A DNA stretch of 63,712 nucleotides from Chiloscyllium plagiosum (lineage: Eukaryota): assembly GCF_004010195.1 (NCBI RefSeq), contig NC_057719.1:22652252-22715963 (forward strand), in the 5' to 3' direction. Each line of letters opens with the position of its first letter. Position 1 is the first letter of the stretch. Below the pieces are notes generated by a model that saw only the letters and a program-made list of their open reading frames with translations, was not told where the DNA came from and ran no database searches. The position numbers and the translations under genes are program-made. Shown here piece by piece: positions 1 to 12,437 of this stretch.

Positions 1-226
1 AGGTATAGGACAGATGTTAGGGGTAGGTTCTTTACTCAGCGAGTCGTGAGTTCATGGAATGCCCTGCCAGTAGCAGTGGTGGACTCTCCCTCATTATGGG
101 CATTTAAGTGGGCATTGGATAGGCATATGGAGGATAGTGGGCTAGTGTAGGTTAGGTGGGCTTGGATCGGCGCAACATTGAGGGCCGAAGGGCCTGTACT
201 GCGCTGTATTCTTCTATGTTCTATGT
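1..226 (+). mobile_element. CR1/HER1-type LINE, 3' end (ORF2 C-terminus, 3' UTR and tail)
   Basis: Frame +1 reads RYRTDVRGRFFTQRVVSSWNALP...FKWALDRHM, the CR1 ORF2 C-terminus. It is followed by GGGCCGAAGGGCCTGT and a (TTCTATG)n tail. Confidence 0.9.
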
Positions 227-1690
227 AAAACTGCTCACCATGTTCCAAATCTGATAACAGCCTTACACAGCCTTTGCATTTGTATTCATTCACTCTTGAA
301 TTGAATGTTAATATTTTATTTGCTTTCCTCACTGCCAACTGAACCAACATGTTAACCTTGAGAATCTTGAATGAGGATTCACAAGTCCCGAAATGTTTCA
401 GATTTCCAAAGTCTTTCCCTGTTTAAAGAATAGCCTATGCTTTGATTCTTCCTATCAAGATGTATAATTTCATACTTCCTCAGATGAATTCCATTTACCA
501 CTTCTTTTTCTACTCTCCAAGCCTGTCCTGGTTCTTCTCCAGCCTCCCTGCCTCCTCAACATGTCCTGATCTCCACCTATACTTATGTCATCTACAAACT
601 TAGCAACAATACCCTAATTCCTTCATTGAGATTGTAAACACTGACACTTCTGTATCTCCACTAGTCACCAGCTCTGATCCTGAAAAAGACCCATTTATCT
701 CTACTCTCTGCCTTCTGCCAGCCAGCTAATCCTCTATACATGCCTGTACCTTGCCCTTAACACCATGGGCTCTTACGTTATTTAGCAGCCACCTGTGCAA
801 CACCTTGTCAAAAGCTTTTTGGAAAACCAAATAGATCACCTCCACTGGCTCTCCAAAATCTAACTTGCTCCCGAGCTTGTCAAAGAATTCAAACAGATTT
901 GTCAAGCATAACCTCCCATTGACAAATCCATGCTACCTCATCCCTGCATCAACATGCACTTCCAAGTATTCTGCAATGTCATCCTTAATAATGGACTCTA
1001 ACATCTTATCAACAAGTGAGGTCAGGCCAACCTGCTTATAGTTTCTAGCCTCACTCCCTTCTTAAACATTAGCCATTTCCCTGTCCTCTGCAATCCTCCA
1101 TGACTCCAATGATTCCTGAAGGGTCAGTACCAATGCCTCTACAATCTCTTCAGCGATCTCCTTCAGAACTGTGAGGTATAGAGCCTTTGGGTGATTTATC
1201 CAGCTTGAAACTCACCAGTTTCCCCAGAACCTTCTCCTCAGTGATGGCCCTGATACTCACCTCTGCCCCCGACACTCATGAAGTTCTGGTATGTTGCTAG
1301 TGTCTTCCACCGTGAAAACCAATGCAAAGTACTATTCTGTTCCTCGGCCATTTCTTTGTTTCCTATTCCTACTCCTCCAGCTTCAATTTCCAGTGGTTCA
1401 AAGGTCACTCTTGCCTCTCTCTTACTGTGTATGTACTTAAAAAATTCTTGCAATCTGCTTTAATATTTATAGCAAGCAAGCTTGAACTCATATTTCCCTT
1501 TGCTCCACCCCATTGACCCTTAATGCTTTCTTAGTTATCCTCTGCTGGGTTTTAAAGGCTTCCTAATCATTTGGCTTCTCACCAATCTTCACCACTTTGT
1601 CTGTTTTTACTTTTGCTTTTATGCTGTCCTGATGTCCCTTGTCAGCCATGGTTGCCTCATTCTCCCCTTAGCATGTTTCTTCTTCCCTGG
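227..1690 (-). mobile_element. Decayed CR1 LINE ORF2 fragment (linker and RT)
   Basis: Minus ORF 1238..1453 reads FFKYIHSKREARV...NKEMAEE (CR1 linker). Other RT-like pieces occur on the minus strand with many stops. Confidence 0.8.
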
Positions 1691-1954
1691 GATGAATATC
1701 CCCAATAACAACTACATTTCTCTTTCCTTGTCCTCTCTTGAATAGCTCCCTGTATCACGGTACTATGGTCAGTTTGCTCATCTTCCCTACAACCCCTGTT
1801 CTCATCCATTCAGGCAGCAAGAATATTAAAACTGTTAGACAAATTCAAGGGCTGAGGTTCCTTCAACACTATCTCCTGGATCTCTCAACCTGCCTTGCTC
1901 ATAGTCGCTTCCTCTCCCTGGCCACTAACCAAACTGAGGTTATAAAGTTGTAGT

Positions 1955-2070
1955 CTCTCCTACACTACAACAGAAATTGCACTTCAAAAAGCATGTAATT
2001 GATTGTAAAGTGTCATCAATGTTCAGATGTCACAATCAGTGATGTAAGAACACAAATGTTTTCATTTTTA
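1955..2070 (+). mobile_element. Old SINE or L2-type 3' tail
   Basis: CTACAACAG...CACTTCAAAAAG...TTGATTGTAAAG resembles the L2-related tails of old vertebrate SINEs, but is very diverged. Confidence 0.35.
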
Positions 2071-2519
2071 AAACATGCATGATACGAGGTTAATCTGTTG
2101 AGAAAATCTATTATGTCTGAAGGTGTCATACCTCTTTACAGTTAAAATGAAGAGTTTTAGAAAAAGATTAACTTCAGCTACAAGTGATGTAAGTGTAAAT
2201 TGAAGGAGTGCAAAATTAAAGTGGATTAAGTTCATTTATTTGAATTCAATTTACCAGATTCCTTTTGATGGTGGAGGAATTCTTTTTATCTTTCTGTCTT
2301 CACTGAAAAGAATTTTGAACAAATCACATTTATGCATTGTATTCTCTGAAAAAGAAATTGTCTTTTTCTTAAAAGTCACTGATTACAAGCAATAAAGTTA
2401 CCTATTAAAGATAAATGAGTCAGTTTGTGAAATGTCTATTCATATGAAAAGCATTACAAATCCATTCACAGAAGTTTAGAAGAGTTCAGACAGAAGAATG
2501 TCATTCCACCCATCAGGTA

Positions 2520-2645
2520 ATTATTTTTTTCTCATTCATTTTGTGGGATGTGGATGTCACTGGATGGCCAGTATTTATTGTCTGTTACTATTTGCCTTTG
2601 AGATGGTGATGGTGAGCTGCCTTCTTAAACTGCTGCAGTCTAAGA
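2520..2645 (-). mobile_element. LINE 3' end (second CR1/L2-group family)
   Basis: Reverse complement of the AATAAATGCTGGCC...CACATCCCA tail also seen at about 5280-5330 and 43140-43200. Confidence 0.6.
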
Positions 2646-3399
2646 GGGTTTTAGTTCCTAGCCACACAATTGTTAAGATTAACCACTGCGCAATTCAAAT
2701 ATACTCCTGAACTTAATATGCTCCTATTACTTTCAAGTCAAACACAATTGTACTCAAAATAATGTCCAAGTCAGTCATTAAACTTGTAAGTTTTACCTTT
2801 TCCCCAAATGAATCTGTTGAAAAGAAAATTTACTTGCCCTTTTGGACATCCCTGAAGTTGATGAAATGTCATTCTGCGCACACTTGCCAATTTGAACCCT
2901 TCTGTTGTTTTAGTTATTCTCATGGCATCAGGCTAAAGCCTTTGTGACATTTTACAAATAGACTAAGACAATTAAGAGAGATTATTCTGATAAAGTCAAT
3001 GAAATGTGATGGAAATCATTATAATCTTCTTACCGCACAAGTGTGTAAGCAGATCTTAGTGGTGTATTGATTACAGTGGAGAAGTTCCATTATGTATAAT
3101 AATTACCTGGCAGCATGTGTGCTAATGCTTACTTTCCTGACGGTAGTAAAGATGAGCTCAGGAATGTTATAATGACTATCATGTTGTCAGTGCCTCTAAT
3201 TTTAGAGGTAAGTTGTTTCCGATCTGCTGGAAGCCAACTCTAAACATTTTTTGCAATGTTTGCTTTTCAAAATAAAGTGTGATGGTGGACTAGGGAGAAT
3301 AGAACACATCCCATTTCATGGAAGCAAAATGTCGTGCACCAAGGTGACACAATCCAAATTATTTCATGCCAAATAACACAGAAGCATCTCTGCAGCCTC

Positions 3400-3960
3400 C
3401 TCACAGCTCATTTCCTGTCTAACTTCATAACTGCAAATTTGCAGATATTACATTTAGTTCCCTCACCAAAATCATGAATCTGTATTGTGAATAGCCAGAG
3501 TTCAAGCGTTGTTCCCTGTGACTCCCTATTTGTCACTGTTTGACACTATGGAAAAGATTTGTTTATGATCACTCTTCCTTTCCTGTCTATCAACCAATTC
3601 TCTATCCAGGCCAGTTTACTGCCCCTTATCCCATGTGCTTGAATTTTATATGCTAATATCTTATCATGGGACCTTATCAGAAGTCTTCTGAAATTAAACT
3701 AAATCAACTAGATCCCCTTATCAAATTTACCAGTTACATCTTTGAAAAATTCCAAGAGATTTGTCAAACACAATTTCCCTTTCATAAATCCATGCTGTCT
3801 TTGTCCAACCCTGTCATTCATTTCCAAGTGCTTTGCAATTAAATCTTTTATAATTGACTGCATCATTTCCCCTTTGTTTGTATCAGGTTAACTAGTCTAT
3901 AATTCCTTGGTTTCTCTTTGGACTTTTATTTTAAATCATGGAGTTACATTAGCTACATTC
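3400..3960 (-). mobile_element. Decayed CR1 RT fragment
   Basis: The minus strand gives QHGFMKGKLCLTNL and DFQKTSDKVP-like RT motifs. Confidence 0.75.
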
Positions 3961-4089
3961 CAATTCACACTATATTCTTGCTCTACTACAACATTTTCCC
4001 TCTCTTGCTGTCATCCACCTCATTCCTGACACAACAAACCTGACAAGAGATCTTCACTGCCTGCTCACTCAGCATTACAAAGATGATTG

Positions 4090-4297
4090 TTGAAAGTGTA
4101 GTGCTGGAAAAGCACAGCAGGTCAGGCAGCATCTGGGGAGCAGGATAATCAACATTTTGGGCAAAAGCCCTTCATCAGGAATCTTTTGCCCAAAACGCCG
4201 ATTCTCCTGCTCCTCAGGTGCTACCTGACCTCCTGTGCTTTTCCAGCACCACAGTCTCGACTCTAATCTCCAACATCTGCAGTCCTCACTTTCACCT
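4090..4297 (+). mobile_element. Fold-back mini Penelope-like element (inverted pLTR ends)
   Basis: The two arms are reverse complements. A 16 bp TSD ATTACAAAGATGATTG lies at 4074-4089 and 4298-4313, with a degenerate HHR at the turn. Confidence 0.85.
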
Positions 4298-5104
4298 ATT
4301 ACAAAGATGATTGCCATTGCACTCAGAAGTGGAGTATTGAACTGCAGAAGTGTACTGTAAATGGATTGGAGATGTGCCATCAGAGTTCTTAGAGGCTGGT
4401 ACATGACTGACATCAATCTTGGGTCTATGTGGCCGAAGCCTATGGAGCATGCCTTCAGATATTGTTGCCTGGAGTCTATCATGGAAGTACTGTGGAGCAA
4501 GCAGTGAACTGAAGGAGTTGGAGACCTGCTCTATCTTCCATGTTGAGAATTCTCAGAACTTAGTTTGCTTGAGGCAGCTAGCACAATAGGAAGTTCTGTA
4601 TTAATGAAGTGAGATCTGCAATTAATAAAAACCTTAACAAGCAATAATCCCTCACAGGAGGCAACCCACCTCTGCTTAACCAGAAACTCACATCAAAGCT
4701 GGGAAAGATGCAACATGTTCTTCCCAATGTCAAAATAGACCTCACTGGATTTCTCGCACAATTCTCTTACGTTTCTTGCCATTGCCTACATTATTCAGAG
4801 TTTCATACAATTCATGCCAGAATTTACTTTTCAAGTTCAATGACTCTTCTTTATACCTTTTAATCTCCAACAGATCTTTTAATGCAACGTCCCATCCTAC
4901 CTTAGACAACTCATGACTTACAACTCCATAATTTGCTTGTTCAAAGTTAAGACCCTCGGTTTGATCTTGACTAAATCAGTTTTGAATTTACAAAATTCCA
5001 AAAAAAGACCTATAATTTGATGGGAAACTCTTTTACCATATTTTACAGATTGTACAATATCAGATTTAAAACAACCTGTTACCCAATTGATTCCTTGAAA
5101 TTCC

Positions 5105-5340
5105 ATGAACACCACCATTTCCACGATTCAAACTTTGGAAATATTTTGTTATTTCTTAAGTGTCTTTGGGTCAAAAGTCTGGAATTTCTTCTCTAATAGC
5201 ATTGTTGGTCTAGTTAAAGCAAATAGACTGCACTGGTTCAAGAAGACAGCTCACCATGACCTTCTCAAGGGTAAATAGGGATGAGTAATAAATGTTGGCC
5301 ATCTAGTGACAGCCACATCTCATGGATGAATTTTAAATTG
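5105..5340 (+). mobile_element. LINE 3' end (second CR1/L2-group family)
   Basis: GGTTCAAGAAGACAGCTCACCA...AATAAATGTTGGCC...CCACATC tail, shared with 42790-43210 and 52640-53390. Confidence 0.65.
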
Positions 5341-6029
5341 AAGTCTGACTCCATTGCTTTCCACGCCTTCTTGTTTCTTAGCTTCATCCAAATTGATCTG
5401 CGTCCTGATTTTCCTTTTTCACTACTGTCTTTATTCCACTTTGTTTTCTATGTAAACTGTACAGCTCTTTGTCAATTTTCCTATCTCTTCCAAAGATTGA
5501 AAGTGGCTCCCAAGCTCCCAGTTCCAAATGAGTTCTCTCTTCTTTAGTGAAAATTTAAGGGGACAATATTCATTCATGTCTACTCCTAACTATCTGAGAA
5601 GGCATTTGACCTTTGTAAAGGGCACTTGACATCTCCCAAAGTCATTTTTAGATTTATCTAAAAGGGTACCTTAACTCTTCAAAGATTGTTGACAATATCA
5701 AACCCTTTCCTGAAAGATCTAAAGCTCACAAGCTGTGTTTTGAACCTCCCTGTTAGGAAAACTGATTTATTCAGTTAGCTGCACTTTCACGCATATTGCT
5801 GCTTCCTTGAACCACGGGAACATGCAAAGTTCAACCTGTTCTCAATTTGTCACGGTGAAACAATGAGTGTTAATGGGGCTGGACATTTAGAATTGACTCT
5901 CTGATGGTGTCAATTATCCTGATCATAACAACCCCAATAACTACCACACTCCTTGTCACACCAACACTTAAGTGATCACGGGCAACACAGTAAGATTTCC
6001 TCAGCTCTCGCATGGCAGGCAATGAAGCA

Positions 6030-6447
6030 GAATCATAGGCCATTCAGCATACTACTGCTCCTCGGATGGTGCCTGAACTGCTGTGCTTTTCCAGCACCGC
6101 TCTAATCTAGACTCTGGTTTCCAGCATCTGCAGTCATTGTTTTTACCTATTCAGCATATCAAGTCCACACTGACCTTCTGAAGAGCTTCCCACCCAGAGC
6201 CACCCCATCCCTGTAACACTGCATTTCCCATGGATAATTCACCTAGCCTGCACATCCTGGACACTATGGGCAATTTTGCATGGTCAATCCACCTAATATA
6301 CAGATCTTTGGCAGGAAACTGGAGCACCCGGAGGAAACCCACACAGCCACAAGAAGAACGTTCAAACTCCACACAGACAATCACCTGAGGGTAGAATCAA
6401 ACACTGGTGCTGTGAGGTAGCAGTGCTAACCACAGAGCCACCGTGCT
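6030..6447 (-). mobile_element. HE1 SINE interrupted by a PLE end
   Basis: Reverse complement of the HE1 head (CACGGTGGCTCTGTGGTTAGCACTGC) at about 6420-6447 plus the HE1 body. Confidence 0.85.
6052..6148 (+). mobile_element. Penelope-like element 3' end fragment
   Basis: Matches the pLTR end ...CCAGCATCTGCAGTCATTGTTTTTACCT. A 10 bp TSD ATTCAGCATA lies at 6042-6051 and 6149-6158. Confidence 0.8.
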
Positions 6448-6494
6448 GTGCAAAGTAAGGGATGGGGCAAGGAAAATAGTAACTACCTACAACT

Positions 6495-6956
6495 GGGTAG
6501 GTTTTCCAGCAGCAAGACCAGATGTGCAGCAGACCCGATGGAAGGAGGAGGGTAGCCATTAAAATAAATAAAGGCCCCATGAGGGTTGACTTATCAAGTC
6601 TGCCAGCCTATTGCCAGTCTGGGCACACCCCCACCGTCCTGAAGTATGCTGAAACTGCCAGCATCACTGAGGTGGCCATGAGGCCACTCTGCTTTTAACT
6701 TTCTTTACTTGGGTCTTCAAGGGCACATCCATGTAGCGATGCCCTATAAAAATGATCTGCCTCAGTAGCACTTAGCTCTCTCAGTGCCAGTCCTCTGATG
6801 GAATCTGCAGTATCCGCCCTCTGTCCTTAGTCAGATGGCAAACTCAGAGGCGATCAATTAGCTGACGACCTCTGGCATTACTGCTGTGTGCACGAGGTTA
6901 GGCACCAGATTTCGTCCCAAAGTCAGGAACCTAAAGCCAAGGGGAGAATCCTGACC
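6495..6956. mobile_element. Possible old MITE (non-autonomous DNA transposon)
   Basis: Imperfect terminal inverted repeats GGGTAGGTTTTCC ... GGAGAATCCTGACC flank a GC-richer non-coding body. Confidence 0.35.
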
Positions 6957-8034
6957 ATGGCACCATCCAATTTGTAGGAATGAAATTATAAACTCTATTA
7001 AAATGTTCCAAACCTGCAGTATTAACCCAGCATTTCCTGTGAAGAGCCAAAGTGAACTGAGAATGAACCACTTTAGAATTCACTGCAGTTCTGGGGAACT
7101 GATTTACAACTCCCAGTCTCAGCTAATCAATTAAGAGGCTTTGGAAATGTTAAGATAGTATCATCAACTTGGCAGAGTAATGAGACAACTGACAGGTTCA
7201 GCTTCAGCAGAAAGAGTGTGGCAGACTGCAACTTTATTTTGTCAGCTAAAAATGATTTGACAATCAGTGATTTAGAAATAAATATTACAATGTTTTGGTT
7301 GGAAACATTTTAAACATGAATTGATGTTGTAACTTAAGCTTTGATTGTTTCGGCATCACAGACTAAAGTTGATATTTTAGCAACACTTCGATACACTGTA
7401 GAAGAACCGAGAAGAGGGAAACACAAACTATACACTCATTGGAAGAGATTGTCACTCTGTTTTCATTCTTCAGTAGCTGTTTTTATTTTCGCATTCCAAC
7501 TACAACATCTCAACAGTATGGATACAACAACCGTTCAAAAGTTGGGGAACAAAATTATACTTAGTTGCTTATAGGCGTATCTTTATTTCAATATTTTTTG
7601 TTCCTACTTGTGTTTTATTGCAGTATTGGGAAGTGCTAACATTTGTGATTTCTTGACAAACTTATTTATATGTTTTGCAAACCTTTGAAAACATACTTTT
7701 CAGACCTTGAGAGTGCATCATAAACAATACTGTGTAATTATGTTTTGCACCAGAGTGTTACTCATACAGCAAAATAATTGTTGTTATGTTCTCATAGATT
7801 ATTAACATCGGATTCTTCTTTCTCATTGTTGCTGCGCCTGAGATTTTTCTGCGTGTTGTAATTCTATTGGTGTGTGGAACATTTCTCGGTGAATGTAGCC
7901 TTGTTCTCATTAAGTGCTGCTTAGTTTTCATTTGCTTGTGCATAGATTGCTTCAATTAATGTGGGTTCTTGTGAAGGTAGTGTGATGGATTACTTTCGTA
8001 TATTTATTTTTCTAGGTTTATAATTTATTGAGGG

Positions 8035-8220
8035 AGGTTTTGTGGTATTATTCCTGCCTTTGAACAAGAAGCTCCGGTTTCAATTATCACTCCAAGACTT
8101 GATGGCCAAGGAAGGTGCACTCACAACCCAGCTAGTCAGGTTGAATTATCAACTAGCAAATCCTTCCAACACATGCTAGAGGCAGGCAAGAGGGGGAGAG
8201 ATGCCTGAATCACAATGTAG
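8035..8220 (+). mobile_element. Old tRNA-derived SINE fragment
   Basis: Degenerate B-box-like CCGGTTTCAATT after a GTGGTATTAT A-box-like head. Confidence 0.35.
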
Positions 8221-8689
8221 TTAAAAATTTAGCTTTATTAATCCGTAATTCCAGGCTAAAATATGCATGCAAAAGTGGATGTTGTCATAGAAACTGAGAC
8301 TACTTGAATCATGTGATGGGTTGGCTGGGCTGCTGGTGAGAATCAGATTGGGGCCAGCAGCATGAAGATCGATGTCTTCTACCTGGGGTGGATGCAGGGC
8401 ATACTTATTTGGCCTGTCTATGGTGATGATTACAATGCCATGGATTACACTTGCCTTTAGGCAGAGAATGAAAGAAATGCATGAAAAATTTGTTGCTCTT
8501 GGACTGCCTTTACTTCGCTGTGTTTTTGATCTAATTTTATGATTTATTGATATACATTTCCAAATTACTTTTATTTCTTTTATATTTTTCCAAATCTGAC
8601 ATCTCATTAAAGGATTTTTTTGCCTTTTTGCCCATCCCTTGCTTCTCAGTAACTTAACCAAGTGTGAAGAGTTTATTGATTGTTAAACC

Positions 8690-9125
8690 TGAAGGTTGAG
8701 ACAATTCTGCAGTTTTTGCTGCCAATTCCTTGTCCTCCTCTCAATTCTAGCTATTCACTTTGCCCAGTCCATGATGCACTTGCTTCTCTATTCATCTGTT
8801 ACCTTACAGTTTCTCACCTATTTCCCTTCAAGCTCTTCTATGGGGCCAATTAAGTCCACCACTCAGTCCACCATCTTATTAATCCCTGATCTGGCTGTCA
8901 TTTCTAAGGGTTATTTTTAAAAAGCAGAGCTCTGTTCTCTGTCAGAAGGATCCTTAAGCTTTCTCTCCTTTTTCATAATTTTTCACTAAAAATACCTTTT
9001 AATTAAAGTTTCAGTCAACCCTTCGAAATTACCTCCCCTCCCCCATTGTTTCATATCGGTTCCTAATTTTTTTAAAAAATCAATCATCCAGTCCAGTTTT
9101 GTAAAGTGTCTTGGGATGTTTCTAT
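8690..9125 (+). mobile_element. L2-type LINE 3' region, split by a solo LTR
   Basis: Ends in GTAAAGTGTCTTGGGATGTTT (L2-type tail), which resumes after 9813. Confidence 0.5.
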
Positions 9126-9813
9126 TGTTATGAAGATGTGGGTGTACTGTACCTTTAAGAAAGTTAAAAGCTAGCAGAACTACCTGACAGCGCCAAGTGT
9201 TCTCAACAAGGTATAATGTAACGTGTGGTCCAGCAGTTAGTGTGACTGGTTGCCTGGAGACAAAAACAGATTCAAATCAGGCCAATCAGTTTAAATTATA
9301 CCCCCAAAAAATACCAAATTCCAATCAAGTTTGGATTTAGTATATTGACAATCTTAAAAGCCAATGACATAATTCAATGTTTTGGGGTATAGAACGAGGT
9401 AAAATTGAACAGTTGGGACCAACAGATGTAGACATCCAGTCAGAACCTTCGGAGAGGTACCTGTCTGGAGAAGGAGTTTGCACAGAGAAAGACACCGACA
9501 CTGACGTGGGGAGCAAATCTGCAAAGAGAAAATTCGACAGCTGACCAGTTTTGAAATTTGAATTTTTCAGTAAATCTTAATCGGGGAGTTTTATCGGACT
9601 AGTAATATAGAAAGGAAGATAAAAGGTAGGTTAGAGGAAGGAGTTATAAATAGTTGTTAGTTAATTATTCTCTGTTATACTTTAAGAAATAAAGTTGCTA
9701 CTTTTACTTTAACTAGTTCTTGGCCTCTTGAATTTTCAGATTACTGCACGGGATAAATCTTTTCTGTATTGTTGGCTTAAATTAAGCAGGAGGGTTTACC
9801 CCATGTCATAACA
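9126..9813 (+). mobile_element. Solo LTR (Gypsy/ERV-type)
   Basis: Terminal 8 bp inverted repeats TGTTATGA...TCATAACA (TG...CA) and AATAAA at about 9688. The 4 bp flanks CTAT/CTCT look like a TSD with one mismatch. Confidence 0.8.
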
Positions 9814-9859
9814 CTCTGTTTAAATTGTTGTATAACTGAATATTATGTTTTTAAGATGA

Positions 9860-10640
9860 CAGAAGCATACTTAGAAACAGGTGTAGGTTTAAGCCATTCA
9901 GCCTCTTGAGCTTTCTCTTCCATTTAACAAAATTTAAATGTAGGGTTAACTCCAATTTTCTACTTGCCTCCCAAAACCAACCCCGACAGCCTTTTTCAGT
10001 CAATGATCTTATAAAATGAAAACACTCGAAATTTGGAGCAAAAACAGAAAATACTGGGGAAAGTCAGCAGGTTGGGTAGAATCTGTGGAGCGAAAAAAAA
10101 TCAAGTCAACATTTCCAATTCAATATGACACTCCTTCAGAACTCAAGAACCTAACACAACCTTGAATATATTCACTGTTTTAGCCACTCGCACCTTTCTG
10201 AGAAAGAGAATTCCAAACCATCAGCCTTCTGACAGAAGAAATTCCTCATCATATCTGTCTTAAATATGAGACTTCTTGTTTTGGAACTGTTCTTTGTAGT
10301 TCTAGATTCCTCCATCAGAGGTATCATCGCTTGACATCTATCCTGTCAAACTTACTCAGAACCTCACACATAGCAATACTGTCAACTCCAATCTGTTTAA
10401 ACTCTGAGTATTGACACATTGTAAACAAACCATTTCACCCCAGAAATCAGCCCAATAAAATGTTTTGAACTCTTTCTAACGTCAGCAAATCCCCACATAG
10501 GGATCCAAACTAAAACTGTACACAGTACTCTCGGTGTGGTCTCATTAACCTCCTGAAAAGTTGTAGTTGGATTTACTTAATTTTGTAGTACATCCCACTT
10601 GCAACACTGAATTTGTCTTCCTCATTACTGTTGTAGCTGT
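9860..10640 (-). mobile_element. Old CR1 3' region containing an old PLE pLTR piece (about 10020-10143)
   Basis: Reverse-complemented CR1 3' end motifs are present. The internal block AAAACAGAAAATACTGG...CCTTCAGAACT is a pLTR with a decayed HHR on the minus strand. Confidence 0.6.
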
Positions 10641-10902
10641 ATACGGTGGGTGAAATTCAATGCATTTTGGAAGATGTGTTTGGTGGCAGGGTGTAGTATC
10701 TAATTGGATGAGAATGTGGTGGATAAGGGCCCACCCCTTTGGAGTTAGGAGACAATTTTTAGTTCAAGTAGGAGTACTCTGATACGGGATGGCCTGGTGT
10801 TTTCTTTATTGTGTGGCCTCACACAAAAAAAAATGCTTTTTTAAAAAACTTAATTCAGCAGATTGGAACAGTTAGCCAGTATGTTCTCTTTCTAACAAGG
10901 GA

Positions 10903-11243
10903 ATCATAGATTCCCCACAGTGCAGAAACAGGCCATTTGGCCCAACAAGTCTACACCGACCCTCCAAGGAGCATTCCACCCAAGACCAATCCCTCTACCC
11001 TATATTTCCTATGCTTAATGCACCCTAACGTACACATCCCTGAATACTATGGGCAATTTAGCATGGCCAATCCACCTCACTTGCACATCTTTGCTCTGTG
11101 GGAGGAAACCGGAGCACCTGGCAGAAACCCATGCAGACATGGGGAGAATGTGCAAACTCCACACAGACGGTCACTTGAGGCTAGAATCAAACCCAAATCA
11201 CTAGCACTGGGAGGCAGCAGTGCTAACCACAGAGCCACCATTC
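10903..11243 (-). mobile_element. HE1 SINE, near full length
   Basis: Reverse complement of the HE1 head, body and LINE-derived tail. Confidence 0.9.
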
Positions 11244-12020
11244 CAAACAGTTGAGTGGAGTTGAATTCACATGGAGATACTGTAGCTGGAAGCTCTTGAT
11301 GAGCTCTTCAACCCTTTGATTAGTGTTACTTGGAGATTGAAAAGGATCATGATGTTGGCCTCCCCCTATTCTAGTGAACAGTGTTGGAAATGGCATTGGG
11401 GCATATTGGCAGTTGCCAGAATCTTTGGGCCTTTTGTACTTCCATTCCCACCCCTAGTGAAACTGAAAAGTGAACCTGATATTCCTCCTATCTGGGCCTC
11501 TCCTAGTTTGCTTCCTACGCCCTTTTATAACTACAGATTGAAAGCTGATGATTAACTCTCAAACTTACATGATCAAAACAGCCTTTATTTTAAAGGGACT
11601 TTAATATTTCCCGGTCAATGTTAACAAAAGTAAACCAAATTTATCTTCAGTGAAAATACATAGAAAGCAGCAGCGTGTGTTTGGACCAACACAGCACTAA
11701 AAAGTAGTTGAGATAAATCCAACATTTACTGGCAGCATAAAGAGAACCTATTTGATCTGTTAGGCAGTTAAGCTCATTAATAGGAGTAGGGTGAAAGGGT
11801 AAACTCTGAGCTCTTGCCTCCTGCCCCACCCCACTAAATATGCTGAAACAGATTTCGAGGGATACTGTATTGGGAACCAGTGGCTTATTGGGAGGAAATG
11901 ATAGTGTGTATTTTTTTGTAATAGATTTGATGTAGTTGCCTTTAAGAGTATATGTCTTGCAAACTGCTTACCACCATAAAAAAGAAGAAAGAATCCAGGC
12001 TAAAGTGTGCATTGACTGGA

Positions 12021-12437
12021 TTTTTAGATTAGATTATATTACAGTGTGGAAACAGGCCCTTCAGCCCAACAATTTGTGGGCGGCACGGTGGCACAGTGGT
12101 TAGCACTGCTGCCTCACAGCGCCAGAGACCCGGGTTCAATTCCCGACCCAGGCGACTGACTGTGTGGAGTTTGCACGTTCTCCCCGTGTCTGCGTGGGTT
12201 TCCTCCGGGTGCTCCGGTTTCCTCCCACAGTCCAAAGATGTGCAGGGTCAGGTGAATTGGCCATACTAAATTGCCCGTAGTGTTAGGTAAGGGGTAAATG
12301 TCGGGGTATGGGTGGGTTGCGCTTCGGCGGATCGGTGTGGACTTGTTGGGCCGAAGGGCCTGTTTCCACACTGTAAGTAATCTAATCTAATCTAAAAAAA
12401 AACCCATGCAAACTCCACACAGTCAGTCGCCTGAGGC
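12021..12437 (-). mobile_element. Partial antisense HE1 copy flanking the plus-strand HE1
   Basis: 12021-12072 is the reverse complement of the HE1 tail and about 12407-12437 is the reverse complement of an internal HE1 segment. Confidence 0.8.
12078..12402 (+). mobile_element. Young full-length HE1 SINE with intact Pol III internal promoter
   Basis: A box TGGCACAGTGG at 12089-12099 and B box GGTTCAATTCC at 12133-12143. CpGs are retained and it ends in a (TCTAA)n tail plus an A-run. Confidence 0.95.

Noticed and set aside
2797..2813. Possible 17 nt minus-strand micro-exon (TTTTCTTTTCAACAG ... AAG/GTAAAA)
   Set aside because: Such matches are expected by chance in 64 kb and cannot be supported without RNA data.
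5340..5900. Possible minus-strand Gypsy gag zinc-knuckle relic
   Set aside because: The similarity needs several frameshifts and substitutions and is too weak to call by eye.
7798..7958. Hydrophobic reading frame IINIGFFFLIVAAPEIFLRVV... after an AG acceptor-like site
   Set aside because: It is explained by T-rich composition, resembles no protein family I recognise and has no convincing donor site.
12078..12150. tRNA gene suggested by A and B boxes
   Set aside because: It continues directly into the HE1 body and tail, so it is a SINE head.
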